This document shows positions 26,988 through 37,521 of a stretch of 64,000 nt of DNA, piece after piece. Location of the stretch: positions 32,766 to 96,765 of the forward strand of contig CAZVQC010000004.1 of the NCBI GenBank assembly GCA_964629225.1, given 5' to 3'. The DNA is from an uncultured Ruminococcus sp. Its GTDB lineage: Bacteria > Bacillota > Clostridia > Oscillospirales > CAG-272. The notes under the pieces are model-generated. The model saw only the letters and a list, made by a program, of their open reading frames with translations, ran no database searches and was not told the origin of the DNA. Position 1 is the first letter of the stretch, and the number at the start of each line of letters is the position of its first letter. The translations under genes and the position numbers were made by a program.

Positions 26988-27218
26988 GCGAAGCGGCTTT
27001 GAAAAACGGCAATGCAATGGATTTTTCAGAGGGTACGGACTCCCTTGACCGTCAAAAAATAGGGTCTATTCTCAAATGCCGATGCCGCAATAGATCGGGG
27101 AAAACGGAGCTTGGACAGTGTTTCAAGCCCCTTTTCTTTTTGTTTTCCTTTCTTTCTTCCGTTTTTTCTGCCTTGTGTGACGGTCTTCTGAATTTGTGCT
27201 GATCTTTCGCATTTTCTA

Positions 27219-27265
27219 TTGACAGGGAGAAAAAGGCGAGTATAATATTAGATATTCCAATATTA
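27219..27265 (+). promoter_or_regulatory. sigmaA promoter with overlapping putative MarR operator
   Basis: TTGACA-16 bp-TATAAT, overlapped and followed by the imperfect palindrome AATATTAGATATTCCAATATT. Confidence 0.7.
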
Positions 27266-27306
27266 GAACATTTCGGCTCGGCCGAAAGAGAGTATCGGAG
27301 GTACTT

Positions 27307-27762
27307 ATGACAGAGCCCGTCATCACCGCAAGCAAGATCTTCGGGAATGCAAACAGATTTATCGAGGCCTACCACCGGGTGCTCCGCCCTATCTGCACGA
27401 AGACGGGGCTTCCGCCCATGGCAGTGGATATAATGATGTTTCTTGCCAACAACCCCGACAACGGGACGGCGAAGGACGTTTGCTTTTTTCGAGGGTTGAA
27501 GCCGGGAATAGTTTCTGTCCACGTGGATAGATTGGTGGAGGAGGGGCTTTTATCGAGAACCGTGGCGAAGGATGACCGACGCCGTATGCAGCTTATCTGC
27601 ACCGAAAAGGCGATGCCTCTCGTGGAAACGGGACGGAGCCTTCAAAAGGAGTTTGCAAAGCGACTGCTGTCGGGGCTCGGGAAGGACGATATCAAGGCCT
27701 TCATAGACTGTCTCTCCGTACTCAATGACAATATTGAGGACATTCGAAAAAACGGCATCTAA
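27307..27762 (+). CDS. MarR family transcriptional regulator
   Basis: wHTH VSVHVDRLVEEGLL...DDRRR. GGAGG RBS. Confidence 0.9.
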   Translation: MTEPVITASKIFGNANRFIEAYHRVLRPICTKTGLPPMAVDIMMFLANNPDNGTAKDVCFFRGLKPGIVSVHVDRLVEEGLLSRTVAKDDRRRMQLICTEKAMPLVETGRSLQKEFAKRLLSGLGKDDIKAFIDCLSVLNDNIEDIRKNGI

Positions 27763-27783
27763 GAAACAAAAGGGAGGATAGAA

Positions 27784-29559
27784 ATGATCAAATTACTCAA
27801 AAATATGCGGCGACGGGAGACGGTAATGGCGCTCCTTTGCATCGTCCTCATCGTGGGCCAGGTCTATTTTGATCTGAGACTCCCGGACTACATGACGGAA
27901 CTGACGACTCTTATCAAAACGGAAGGGGGAACGGCGGAAATACTGACGGTGGGTCTTAAGATGCTTGGGAACACCGCCATCAGTGCTCTGCTTGCCATAG
28001 CCTGCGGTTACCTTGCCGCAAAGACGGCATCGGGGTTCAGCTTCACCGTTCGGGAAAAGTTGTTTTGCCACGTTATGGACATCGGATGTGAAGAGATGCA
28101 GGAAGTATCCGTTGCAAGCCTCATAACCAGGACTACCAATGACATAACTCAAGTACAAATGCTTATCGCCATGGGTCTTCAGATGATAATAAAAGCTCCC
28201 ATAATGGCAGTTTGGGCGATAGTTAAGATACTGGGCAAGAGCTGGGAGCTTTCGGTGGTAACGGCGGCATTTGTGGTGGTACTTTGCACGACTGTCTTGC
28301 TCATTATGGCGACCTGCATTCCAAGGTTTCGTCTCGTTCAAAAGACTACCGACCGTATCAATCGGGTCGCAAGGGAGAACCTCACCGGTATCAACGTAGT
28401 TCACGCTTTCAATGCGGAGAATTATCAAAATGAAAAGTTCGACTTTCCAAGTCGCAGGATGCTGAGCTTGCAAATGAAGAATCAAAAGCTCTTTGCGGTG
28501 ATCCAGCCGGCGATGACCTTGGGAATGAACGGTCTCGCACTTGCCATCTATTGGATAGGAGCGGCCCTTGTCAATGCGATCCCCGTGGCAGAGGCGACAA
28601 CGAGACTCTCAATGTTCAGCGAGGTGCTGGTCTTTAGCACATACGCTACCTACATCGTAATGTCTTTTATGATGCTTGTGATGATCTACATGATGTTTCC
28701 GCAGGCACAGGTGTCGGCAGAGCGAATCTGTGAGGTGCTTGACAAAGATCCGTCGGTCAAGGAAGGAGCTCTTTCCGACGGTGTTGAAGTCGGTACCGTG
28801 GAATTCAAGAACGTCTCTTTCCGGTATCCGAACGGAGGGGACGACGTGCTGACTGACATCAGCTTCAAGGCGGAAAAGGGTGAGACCGTAGCAATAATAG
28901 GTGCTACGGGAAGCGGAAAGAGCTCTCTCGTGGGGTTGATACCCAGGTTTTACGATGCCACCGAGGGAGAGGTCTTGGTGGACGGAGTCAATGTGAAGGA
29001 TCTCTCCTTTGATGCGCTGTATTCAAAGCTCGGATACGTCACCCAGAAGGCGGTCCTGTTTTCGGGAAGCGTGAAGGACAATATCTTCTTCGGTGAAAAG
29101 GAAGGGCGGGCAGAAAGTGACCTTGACCTTGCGGTGGAACTGTCTCAGTCAAAGGAATTCCTTGAAAAGTACCCAGAGGGAACGGATCACCCGATAGCCC
29201 AGATGGGAAGGAACGTATCGGGAGGGCAGAAGCAAAGGCTGTCTATAGCCCGCGCCATTGCCAGAAGGCCGGAGATACTGATCTTTGACGACTCGTTTTC
29301 GGCGCTGGATTACAGAACGGATGCAAAACTCAGAGAGGGGCTTTCCAAAAAGCTTGAGGGTACTACGAAAATAATAGTTGCTCAACGTATTAGCACCATC
29401 CGTCATGCAGACAGAATAATAGTGCTTGACAGAGGTGAGGCTGTGGGCATCGGCACCCATGAGGAGCTGATGCGGAACTGCGGTGTCTACCGTGAGATCG
29501 CATCATCTCAGCTCAGCGCGGAGGAGCTTGCCATGGGAGGTGAAGCAAATGAAAAATGA
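27784..29559 (+). CDS. Heterodimeric ABC exporter subunit (degenerate NBD motifs)
   Basis: TMD plus NBD. GATGSGKS, VSGGQ, IFDDS (non-catalytic Asp), AQR switch. Confidence 0.92.
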   Translation: MIKLLKNMRRRETVMALLCIVLIVGQVYFDLRLPDYMTELTTLIKTEGGTAEILTVGLKMLGNTAISALLAIACGYLAAKTASGFSFTVREKLFCHVMDIGCEEMQEVSVASLITRTTNDITQVQMLIAMGLQMIIKAPIMAVWAIVKILGKSWELSVVTAAFVVVLCTTVLLIMATCIPRFRLVQKTTDRINRVARENLTGINVVHAFNAENYQNEKFDFPSRRMLSLQMKNQKLFAVIQPAMTLGMNGLALAIYWIGAALVNAIPVAEATTRLSMFSEVLVFSTYATYIVMSFMMLVMIYMMFPQAQVSAERICEVLDKDPSVKEGALSDGVEVGTVEFKNVSFRYPNGGDDVLTDISFKAEKGETVAIIGATGSGKSSLVGLIPRFYDATEGEVLVDGVNVKDLSFDALYSKLGYVTQKAVLFSGSVKDNIFFGEKEGRAESDLDLAVELSQSKEFLEKYPEGTDHPIAQMGRNVSGGQKQRLSIARAIARRPEILIFDDSFSALDYRTDAKLREGLSKKLEGTTKIIVAQRISTIRHADRIIVLDRGEAVGIGTHEELMRNCGVYREIASSQLSAEELAMGGEANEK

Positions 29560-31321
29560 GAAAAGAAACGGAAACGTAACATCGGCGCTTTCGAGACTTT
29601 CAAGTTACATGAGGCCTCAGATAGGAGCGGTCGCAGTGGCACTGGTACTTGCCGCCCTCAGCGCAGTGATGACCATCATCGGTCCGGATAAGATAGGAAG
29701 CATTGCAAATGTCATGTCGGAGGGGCTTTTCACCGGCATTGACCTTTCACAGATAGCAAAACTCGGCGTCTTCCTTGCGGTTATCTACCTGTTGAGTGCT
29801 CTTTTCGGGTTCATACAGCACTACATAATGGCGGTAGTGACCCTTAAGATGTCCTACAAGATGAGGGGAGAACTTTCGAAAAAAATCAACAAAGTCCCTC
29901 AAAAATACTTCAATACCACGTCTCAAGGTGATATCCTCAGCAGAATAACCAACGACGTGTCCACCCTTCAGCAGGGACTGACCAACAGTCTCCCCACCAT
30001 AATCAGCGCCGCAACTCAATTCGTCGGGTGTCTTTTGATGATGTTCGTCACGGAGTGGAGGCTTGCACTGATATCTCTTGCGGTGACCCTCGTGGGAATG
30101 GTGCTGACATTTTCGGTCATGTCTCGATCCCAAAGGTACTTTACCGCCCGTCAAAAGAGCCTCGGTGAATTGAACGGCTACATTGAGGAGATGTACTCTG
30201 GCCACGAAGTGGTTCGCATCAGCCGAGGGGAAATGGGGGTAAAGGAGCGTTTTGCCGGGCTGAACCGTGCCGTGTACGATGCCAACTGGAGATCTCAGTT
30301 CCTGTCGGGAATAATGCAACCTCTTATGAACGTGGTGGGAAATGTTGCCTACGTTGCGGTCTGTGTCTTCGGCTCGATCCTCGCCATCGGCGGGAAAATA
30401 GAATTCGGCGTTATCGTGTCGTTCATTCTCTACGTGAGACTTTTCACGTCTCCGCTGACCCAGATAGCCCAGGGAATGACGAATCTGCAGACCGTGTCCG
30501 CATCGGCCCACAGAGTGTTTGACTTCCTTGAAAGCGAGGAGCTTTCTGATGAAAGCGAAAAGAATGGGGCGCCTTCCGACGTGAAAGGAAACATAGAATT
30601 CAGCCACGTCCGCTTCGCCTATCCCGATACTCCGGAAAAGACGGTCATAAAAGATTTTTCCGCCGCAGTCAAAGTGGGTCAGAAGGTGGCGATAGTAGGA
30701 CCCACCGGCGCGGGAAAGACCACCATGGTCAATCTGCTCATGAGATTTTTCGAAACCACCGACGGGGAGATACTGATCGACGGAGTCCCGATAACCGACA
30801 TGAAGAGAGAGGACGTTCACAGCCTGTTCGGAATGGTGCTCCAGGATACGTGGCTCTTTGAGGGGACCGTGCGGGAAAACCTTGTCTACAATATGAGCGG
30901 TATCGGGGACGGAGACCTTGAAAGAGTTCTTCGCGCCTGCGGTCTTGACAGGTTCGTAGCCTCCCTTCCCGAAGGTCTTGACACGGTGCTCTCCGAGAGC
31001 ACCTCGATCTCGGCGGGACAGAAGCAGCTTTTAACCATTGCAAGAGCCATGCTCCAAAATGCCCCGATGCTGATACTTGACGAGGCGACTTCCTCCGTAG
31101 ACACAAGAACTGAGCTGATCATTCAAAGAGCAATGGATGAGTTGACGAGAGACAGGACCAGCTTCGTTATTGCCCACAGACTCTCGACCGTGAGAAACGC
31201 CGATCTTATACTCGTGATGAAGGACGGCGACGTGGTGGAGAGCGGAACCCATGAAGAGCTCATGGAAAGGGGCGGCTTCTACAGCGAGCTCTACAACAGC
31301 CAGTTCGAAAAGGTGGCATAA
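29549..31321 (+). CDS. Heterodimeric ABC exporter subunit (consensus NBD motifs)
   Basis: GPTGAGKT, ISAGQ, ILDEATS, AHR. GGAGG RBS, overlaps its partner gene. Confidence 0.92.
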   Translation: MKNEKRNGNVTSALSRLSSYMRPQIGAVAVALVLAALSAVMTIIGPDKIGSIANVMSEGLFTGIDLSQIAKLGVFLAVIYLLSALFGFIQHYIMAVVTLKMSYKMRGELSKKINKVPQKYFNTTSQGDILSRITNDVSTLQQGLTNSLPTIISAATQFVGCLLMMFVTEWRLALISLAVTLVGMVLTFSVMSRSQRYFTARQKSLGELNGYIEEMYSGHEVVRISRGEMGVKERFAGLNRAVYDANWRSQFLSGIMQPLMNVVGNVAYVAVCVFGSILAIGGKIEFGVIVSFILYVRLFTSPLTQIAQGMTNLQTVSASAHRVFDFLESEELSDESEKNGAPSDVKGNIEFSHVRFAYPDTPEKTVIKDFSAAVKVGQKVAIVGPTGAGKTTMVNLLMRFFETTDGEILIDGVPITDMKREDVHSLFGMVLQDTWLFEGTVRENLVYNMSGIGDGDLERVLRACGLDRFVASLPEGLDTVLSESTSISAGQKQLLTIARAMLQNAPMLILDEATSSVDTRTELIIQRAMDELTRDRTSFVIAHRLSTVRNADLILVMKDGDVVESGTHEELMERGGFYSELYNSQFEKVA

Positions 31322-31721
31322 GTCGTTCGGAGGGCCGTCCATTTCGGTGACACCGGAGACGGTCCTCTCATTTGCGAAAAGCACGCCGAAGGCGGAAAAG
31401 CAATCGGAGGCTCTCTTTGTTGCCGTCGGGATGCTGCGTTGCAAAACGTGGGGAAAGACCAAGCTTGCGGCGTGGGACTTGTTGCATGATCGCATTGATC
31501 TGCCCGCTTGCGGCCGTGTTGCGCCGCTAATATCAGAAAAATTTCGACAAAAGTGCCCAAAACACTGCGGGATTGTTGAAAAAAGAGAAAAAATCCGAAT
31601 TTGGGGGTAGAAATTCTGTCGAGTATGTGGTATAATGAATCTGTTATATCGTGAGACGGGATGCCCCACCACGGCTGTTTGTAAAAAATACTATTAAGGA
31701 CTGAAAGGCGGATTTACAAAC

Positions 31722-33272
31722 ATGGAAAAGAAAACAAGCAGAAAGCAGGACCTCCTTGCGGAGCGTCAGGCTCAAAAACTTGAAAGAAAGGCAAGAGAAG
31801 CCAAGGCTAAAAAGAAGGCGAGCCTCACCAACGCATTGATCATCGCGGTCGTAGTTGTGCTCGTAGTCCTTGCAGTCGGGCTATTTGCTTACAAGCAGGT
31901 CGTCGTCTCCGGCGTTATCGAGAGACACACCACCGCATATTCTTCGGAAAACTATGAAGTGACCGAGTCTATGTTCACTTACTATTTCAACAACATCTAT
32001 CTCGGCTCCCAGAGCACGCTCTCTTCCTACGGACTCGACACATCAAAGACTCTTGAGGAGCAATCTTCCTTCTACGATCTGGTCCTCAGCCAGGCGAAGG
32101 CCCAGTCTGAGCAGTACCTCATTCTCTGTGAAGCGGCAAAGGCTGCCGGAGTAGAGCTTGACAGCGACGACCTTGCGGAGATCGAAGAAGAGATCGGCCA
32201 TCTCAAGGAGCAGGCAAGAGAGTACGGTTACCCCTCCACAAACGACTTTATAAGACGTATGTGCGGAACCTGCGTCAACATCAAGGATGTTGAAAAGTGC
32301 CTCAAGTTGAACGCACTTGCAACAAAGTACGCGCAGATAGTCACCGATGAAAAGGTCTGCACGGATGAGGAGATCAATTCCTACTTTAACGAGCACTCCG
32401 AGGAATACGAAACTATCGACTTCCTCATGTATTCATTCCCGGCTCTCAAGGATTCCGACGGAAACCTTGATGCAGACAGCGTAGCCGAGATGAAGGCAAA
32501 GGCGGCAGAGCTTGCGACCAAGAACGACGAGGAGAGCTTCACCGCGTATGTTGAGGCTTACGTAACGGAAACTAAGTCCGCAGGTCTTGAGGAAGGCGAA
32601 GAGCCCGATCAAGATGCCATCGACACGGCAGTGAACGCTATCAAGAAGTCCATGACTCTCAGCGAAGCAAAGACCTCCGTTTCGGACATTTACGAGTGGT
32701 TGTCCTCCGATGACACTCCCGTCAACGGAACTACGGTCTTCGAGAACAACGAGACCGGCGAGTACTTGGCTTACCTGAAGCTGACAACGCCTTACAGAGA
32801 AGAGTATGTGACAAGAAATGCCGCACTCGTTCTCTTTGAAAATTCCGAAAATACCGATGCGGACGGTGCCGCTGCAAATGCAAGCGAGTTCATTGCTCGT
32901 TTTGAGGAGTCCGAGACCAAGAATTTCGAGACCTTCACCACCATAGGAAAGGAATTCTCCGATCACGTTTCCTCTGCTCTCTCCGAGAACATAAGGAAGG
33001 ATGATACCAGTGCGGCCGAGGTAGTAACGTGGCTCTATACTGACGGCAGATCGGTAGGTGACTACGGTACTGCTACCACGTCGGACGGTGTTTACGCCAT
33101 CTTCTATGACAGCGACGGAAAGATCGCATGGATGAGCGACGTTGAAACTCAGCTCAAGAGCGATGCATACGCCGCAAGATATGAGGAGTTTGAAGCAGCT
33201 TATGCCGTCACTGCAGTTGACGACGTTATCAGCGGTGTGAGATCCGTCTCACTTTCGACTTCAAGCAACTGA
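31722..33272 (+). CDS. Membrane-anchored acidic extracytoplasmic protein, PrsA/SurA foldase-like
   Basis: Basic N-tail, single TM, SurA-N-like LCEAAKAAGVEL segment, two degenerate parvulin-like repeats. Confidence 0.6.
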   Translation: MEKKTSRKQDLLAERQAQKLERKAREAKAKKKASLTNALIIAVVVVLVVLAVGLFAYKQVVVSGVIERHTTAYSSENYEVTESMFTYYFNNIYLGSQSTLSSYGLDTSKTLEEQSSFYDLVLSQAKAQSEQYLILCEAAKAAGVELDSDDLAEIEEEIGHLKEQAREYGYPSTNDFIRRMCGTCVNIKDVEKCLKLNALATKYAQIVTDEKVCTDEEINSYFNEHSEEYETIDFLMYSFPALKDSDGNLDADSVAEMKAKAAELATKNDEESFTAYVEAYVTETKSAGLEEGEEPDQDAIDTAVNAIKKSMTLSEAKTSVSDIYEWLSSDDTPVNGTTVFENNETGEYLAYLKLTTPYREEYVTRNAALVLFENSENTDADGAAANASEFIARFEESETKNFETFTTIGKEFSDHVSSALSENIRKDDTSAAEVVTWLYTDGRSVGDYGTATTSDGVYAIFYDSDGKIAWMSDVETQLKSDAYAARYEEFEAAYAVTAVDDVISGVRSVSLSTSSN

Positions 33273-33285
33273 CAAAGAAAGACAG

Positions 33286-33315
33286 AGCGGCACGGCGTGA
33301 CTGTGCCGCTTTTTT
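33286..33315 (+). terminator. Rho-independent terminator
   Basis: AGCGGCACGG-CGTGA-CTGTGCCGCT followed by TTTTT. Confidence 0.8.
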
Positions 33316-33358
33316 CGATTAGGTTCGTTTTTGTGTTTTACGGCGAGGGAAAAGGAAA

Positions 33359-34048
33359 ATGATCTATCTTATCGAAGACGACCCCAGCATCAGAGATCTG
33401 GTGGCCTACACGCTCAATACGACGGGACTCGATGCAAAGGGCTTTGAAAGGCCATCCGAGTTTTGGAAAGAGATGAAAAAAGAGGTACCGTCCCTGGTGC
33501 TTCTTGACATAATGCTGCCGGAAGAGGACGGACTTTCTATCTTAAAGAAGCTCAGAGGAAAGAAAAGTACCGAGGACATTCCCATTATCATGCTGACGGC
33601 AAAGGGCAGTGAGTACGACAAGGTGCTCGGTCTTGATACCGGAGCCGACGATTACATACCGAAGCCCTTTGGCATGATGGAACTGATATCGAGGGTCAAG
33701 GCGCTTCTTCGCCGTGCCTCAAGAGGTGTTGGGGAACGAAGCTCGGATGCGGAGGAATACCGTGTCGGGGAACTTGCCGTATTCCCGAAAAAATACGCAG
33801 TATTTGTGAACGATACACCGGTCACTCTTACCTTGAGGGAATTTGAACTGCTTTTGTGTCTTTTGGAGAACAGAGGTATCGTAATGTCCCGTGATGCCCT
33901 TCTTAACAACGTATGGGGTCACGATTTTGACGGGGAGAGCCGCACGGTGGACGTCCACATCAGAACGCTCCGTCAGAAACTTGGTGAGGCAGGCGGCCTT
34001 ATTGAGACCGTTCGCGGGATTGGCTACAAAATAGGAGGAGAGCTTTGA
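33359..34048 (+). CDS. phoP: OmpR-family response regulator (PhoP/PhoB-like)
   Basis: EDD, LDIMLP, GADDYIPKPF, RTVDVHI, TVRGIGY. Adjacent to a PhoR-like kinase and Na/Pi transporter. Confidence 0.85.
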   Translation: MIYLIEDDPSIRDLVAYTLNTTGLDAKGFERPSEFWKEMKKEVPSLVLLDIMLPEEDGLSILKKLRGKKSTEDIPIIMLTAKGSEYDKVLGLDTGADDYIPKPFGMMELISRVKALLRRASRGVGERSSDAEEYRVGELAVFPKKYAVFVNDTPVTLTLREFELLLCLLENRGIVMSRDALLNNVWGHDFDGESRTVDVHIRTLRQKLGEAGGLIETVRGIGYKIGGEL

Positions 34049-35397
34049 AGGACAAGCTGTTCAAGCACATTTTTTTAGCGTCCATGGCGGCGTTTTTCTT
34101 GGCACTTGCTCTGAGCATCGTAGTCTCCTACAAATTCTTAACCTTGAGCCATTGGGCCGAGCTTGAGGCGGAAGCGGGGTATCTCTCGGCGCTGATAGAG
34201 GAAAACGGGTCGGATTTTCTTTTCGGCATAAGTGAGGATCAGGATTTCAGAATCACCTTGATCTCACAGACAGGTGACGTTATATTCGACAGTGTCGGCG
34301 GCGGAAAAACGGCGGAGGATCACTCGGATAGAGAAGAATTTGTTGAGGCGATAAAAAACGGAACGGGACGCAGCTCCAGATATTCCACCACTCTTTCCGA
34401 AAAGACCACCAACTTTGCCGTGAAGCTGGAGGACGGTCTCGTTTTGAGAGTCTCAAACAGTCAGATATCTCTCTTTACTCTCGCAAGGGGAATGCTGTTT
34501 CCCTTCGTGATGTCTCTCACCTTCGCTCTTATCTTCTCGGTCTTTCTTGCATCTCGACTTTCCAAGAGCATCGTAAAGCCCATTATCGCCATCGACCTTG
34601 ACGATCCGGATGAGAGATTCGTCTATCCGGAAATGAAGCCGTTGGTGGAAAAAATAGAAAAGCAGAACCGCCAGATCCATGAGCAGATACGGGAAATAAA
34701 AGAGGCTCACAGAGAACAGGACGTAATGAGGCGAGAATTCACCGCCAACGTGTCCCATGAGCTGAAAACGCCGTTAACTGCGATATCCGGAAGTGCGGAG
34801 ATAATAAAAAACGGGCTTGTAAAGAATGAGGACATCCCCCGCTTTGCCGGAAATATCTACGATGAGGCACAGCGGATGATAACTCTCGTTGAGGACATTA
34901 TCAAGCTGTCACAACTTGATGAAAACGAAGTACCCATTGCCAAGGCCCCCCTTGATCTTCTTGAGGTGGCGAAGGCGGCGGCGGGACGCCTTGAAAGAGC
35001 GGCGGCAAAGAGAGGGATCACGGTCGATGTCGGAGGAGACAGCAGTACCGTTATCGGGGTCTCCACCATCGTGGATGAGATGATATTCAACCTCTGTGAC
35101 AATGCGATCAAATACAATCGGGATAATGGGTCGGTAGAAGTGACCGTGACAAAGTCTCCGGAAAAAGCGACAGTGTCCGTGAAGGACTCCGGCATAGGTA
35201 TCCCAAAAGAAGAACTGGGACGTGTCTTTGAAAGGTTCTACAGGGTCGATAAGAGCCATTCAAGGCAGATCGGAGGCACCGGCCTTGGTCTTTCCATTGT
35301 CAAGCACGCAGCGGCCTTTCACGGGGCTGAGATCGGCATCACAAGCGAAGTTGGAAGTGGCACCGAGATCACGGTGACCTTTCCTCTTGCAAAGTGA
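34045..35397 (+). CDS. phoR: Sensor histidine kinase (PhoR-like)
   Basis: Two TM segments, FTANVSHELKTPL, NLCDNAIKY, FERFYRVDKS, GTGLGLSIVKH. Confidence 0.85.
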   Translation: MKDKLFKHIFLASMAAFFLALALSIVVSYKFLTLSHWAELEAEAGYLSALIEENGSDFLFGISEDQDFRITLISQTGDVIFDSVGGGKTAEDHSDREEFVEAIKNGTGRSSRYSTTLSEKTTNFAVKLEDGLVLRVSNSQISLFTLARGMLFPFVMSLTFALIFSVFLASRLSKSIVKPIIAIDLDDPDERFVYPEMKPLVEKIEKQNRQIHEQIREIKEAHREQDVMRREFTANVSHELKTPLTAISGSAEIIKNGLVKNEDIPRFAGNIYDEAQRMITLVEDIIKLSQLDENEVPIAKAPLDLLEVAKAAAGRLERAAAKRGITVDVGGDSSTVIGVSTIVDEMIFNLCDNAIKYNRDNGSVEVTVTKSPEKATVSVKDSGIGIPKEELGRVFERFYRVDKSHSRQIGGTGLGLSIVKHAAAFHGAEIGITSEVGSGTEITVTFPLAK

Positions 35398-35561
35398 TGC
35401 ACAGCTGCGAAAGCGGAGAGGAACAGATACAGTATCGCAGCAACACCGGTAACTCAAAGGGGCTGTGCCGGAAAATGTCAAAGCTCGACTCGGTTGTGTT
35501 TTATAGAAACACTGACCGCCGGATCTTAGGAAAAAGATACCGGAAATGATAATAACGAAGG

Positions 35562-35592
35562 AAACGCTTCCCGATCACGGGAAGCGTTTTTT
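35562..35592 (+). terminator. Terminator after phoPR
   Basis: AAACGCTTCCC-GATCAC-GGGAAGCGTTT followed by a T-run. Confidence 0.8.
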
Positions 35593-35618
35593 GAAAGAAC
35601 AGATCGGATAATTGACCG

Positions 35619-35660
35619 TTTTACACGAATTTTACAAAAGTGGAACTGCAGATTTTACGT
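35619..35660 (+). promoter_or_regulatory. Putative Pho box
   Basis: TTTACA at 35620 and 35631 (11-bp period) plus TTTACG at 35654, upstream of the Na/Pi transporter. Confidence 0.7.
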
Positions 35661-35714
35661 TGATGTAGGATAATCTACGCTGATAATAATTGATAATAAT
35701 AACGAGGTGTCGCT

Positions 35715-37469
35715 ATGGATATCTTTTCCATCATCTCCCTTTTGGGAGGGGTCGCCTTCTTCCTCTACGGAATGACAGTCATGTCATCCGGTCTTGAGAG
35801 GATGGCAGGCGGAAAACTTGAGCAGATGCTCAAAAAAATGACGTCAAAGCCCGTCGCCGCGCTTGCGCTGGGCGCGGGCATCACCATTGCCATCCAGTCG
35901 TCATCTGCCGTAACGGTGATGTTGGTGGGACTTGTCAATTCCGGGATAATGAGCCTCGGACAGACAGTGGGAGTCATCATGGGCTCCAACATCGGAACCA
36001 CATTGACTACCTGGCTTCTTGCCATGATAGGCATCGAGTCCGAAAGCGTTTTTCTTAAAATGTTGAAGCCGGAAAATTTTTCCCTTCTCTTCGCTCTTGT
36101 GGGTGCTGTTCTGATAATGAATTCAAAGAATCAGAAAAAGAAGGACGTGGGTTCGATCTTCCTTGGTTTTGCGGTCCTGATGTTCGGTATGAACCTCATG
36201 AGCGATGCGGTGGCACCCCTTGCGGATTCTCCGGAATTTTCAAACATGATGACCGCCTTTAACAATCCCCTTCTTGCAGTCCTTGTGGGTGCGATCTTCA
36301 CCGGGATCATTCAAAGCTCCGCCGCATCTGTGGGTATCCTTCAGGCTCTTGCAATGACGGGAGGGGTCAGCTACGGAATGGCGATACCGATAATAATGGG
36401 GCAGAATATCGGTACCTGTGCGACAGCTCTTATCTCCAGTATCGGAGTCAGCAGAAATGCCAAAAAGGTGGCTATCATCCACATATCTTTCAACGTTATC
36501 GGCACGGTAGTCTGCCTGTCTGCTTTCTATCTCGTTGATGCTTTTGCCAACTTCGCCTTCGTTGACACTCCCATCGGTACCATGGGCATCGCCGTTATCC
36601 ACACGATCTTCAACATTGTTACGACGGCACTGTTGCTCCCCTTCATGAAGCATCTTGAGGCCCTCGCCAATCGGATACTTCCCGATAAAAAGCCGAAAGA
36701 GGACAAAAAGACGGGCACCGTCCTCGACCCAAGGCTTCTTGCGACTCCCTCCGTTGCGATTTCCGAGTGCAATGAGGTAACGGTGGAAATGGCGGCCCTT
36801 GCGGAAAGGAGCCTTTTTGCCTCCTTTGATACCATCGGAAACTATTCTGAGAAGGCCGCAGACGCTCTGCTTGAAGCGGAGGAGGAGATAGACGGGTACG
36901 AGGACCGGCTCGGAACCTACCTTGTCAGCCTTTCGTCAAAGTCTCTTTCATCATCCGATTCAAGAAAGGTGTCGAAGATGCTTCACGTCATTGGCGACTT
37001 TGAGCGCCTCGGTGACCATGCGGTCAATATCCTCAAGACTTCGAAAGAGCTTTGTGACAAGGGACTTTCTTTCTCCGAAAAGGCGACCGAGGAGATCGGG
37101 GCTTTGATAACGGCACTGAAGGATATCGTCGAGACTACCATCGGCGCCTACAAAAGCGGAAGTGTGGAGACGGCAAAACGAGTGGAGCCCCTTGAGCAGG
37201 TCATAGACGGGCTTGTGTCCGAGGTCAAGGAGCGGCACATAGAACGTCTTCAGCGGAACAATTGCACGATCGAGATGGGGTTTGTTCTTTCCGATCTGCT
37301 CAATAATTTTGAGAGGATCTCGGATCACTGCTCCAACATAGCGGTCACTATAATCGAGCTATCCCACGATACTCTTGACACCCACAAATACCTCAACAAC
37401 GTGAAGTACGGAAATCCCAGATTCAGCGAGCTGTTCGATGAATACGAGGCAAAATACGCACTGAAATGA
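35715..37469 (+). CDS. Na/Pi cotransporter with C-terminal PhoU domains
   Basis: Two QSSS/QSSA repeats, GSNIGTT/GQNIGTC, ERLGDHA/ERISDHC PhoU repeats. Confidence 0.93.
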   Translation: MDIFSIISLLGGVAFFLYGMTVMSSGLERMAGGKLEQMLKKMTSKPVAALALGAGITIAIQSSSAVTVMLVGLVNSGIMSLGQTVGVIMGSNIGTTLTTWLLAMIGIESESVFLKMLKPENFSLLFALVGAVLIMNSKNQKKKDVGSIFLGFAVLMFGMNLMSDAVAPLADSPEFSNMMTAFNNPLLAVLVGAIFTGIIQSSAASVGILQALAMTGGVSYGMAIPIIMGQNIGTCATALISSIGVSRNAKKVAIIHISFNVIGTVVCLSAFYLVDAFANFAFVDTPIGTMGIAVIHTIFNIVTTALLLPFMKHLEALANRILPDKKPKEDKKTGTVLDPRLLATPSVAISECNEVTVEMAALAERSLFASFDTIGNYSEKAADALLEAEEEIDGYEDRLGTYLVSLSSKSLSSSDSRKVSKMLHVIGDFERLGDHAVNILKTSKELCDKGLSFSEKATEEIGALITALKDIVETTIGAYKSGSVETAKRVEPLEQVIDGLVSEVKERHIERLQRNNCTIEMGFVLSDLLNNFERISDHCSNIAVTIIELSHDTLDTHKYLNNVKYGNPRFSELFDEYEAKYALK

Positions 37470-37482
37470 AGCGTCCCCGTTG

Positions 37483-37515
37483 AAAAGCCCTGCGGCAATG
37501 CCGCAGGGCACTTTT
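37483..37515. terminator. Bidirectional terminator between the Na/Pi transporter and dnaB
   Basis: GCCCTGCGGC-AAT-GCCGCAGGGC flanked by A and T runs. Confidence 0.75.
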
Positions 37516-37521
37516 CGTCTT

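Noticed and set aside
27784-29559. Missing catalytic Glu and His in the ABC subunit, suggesting a pseudogene
   Set aside because: This is the normal degenerate site of heterodimeric ABC exporters, and the partner carries the consensus motifs.
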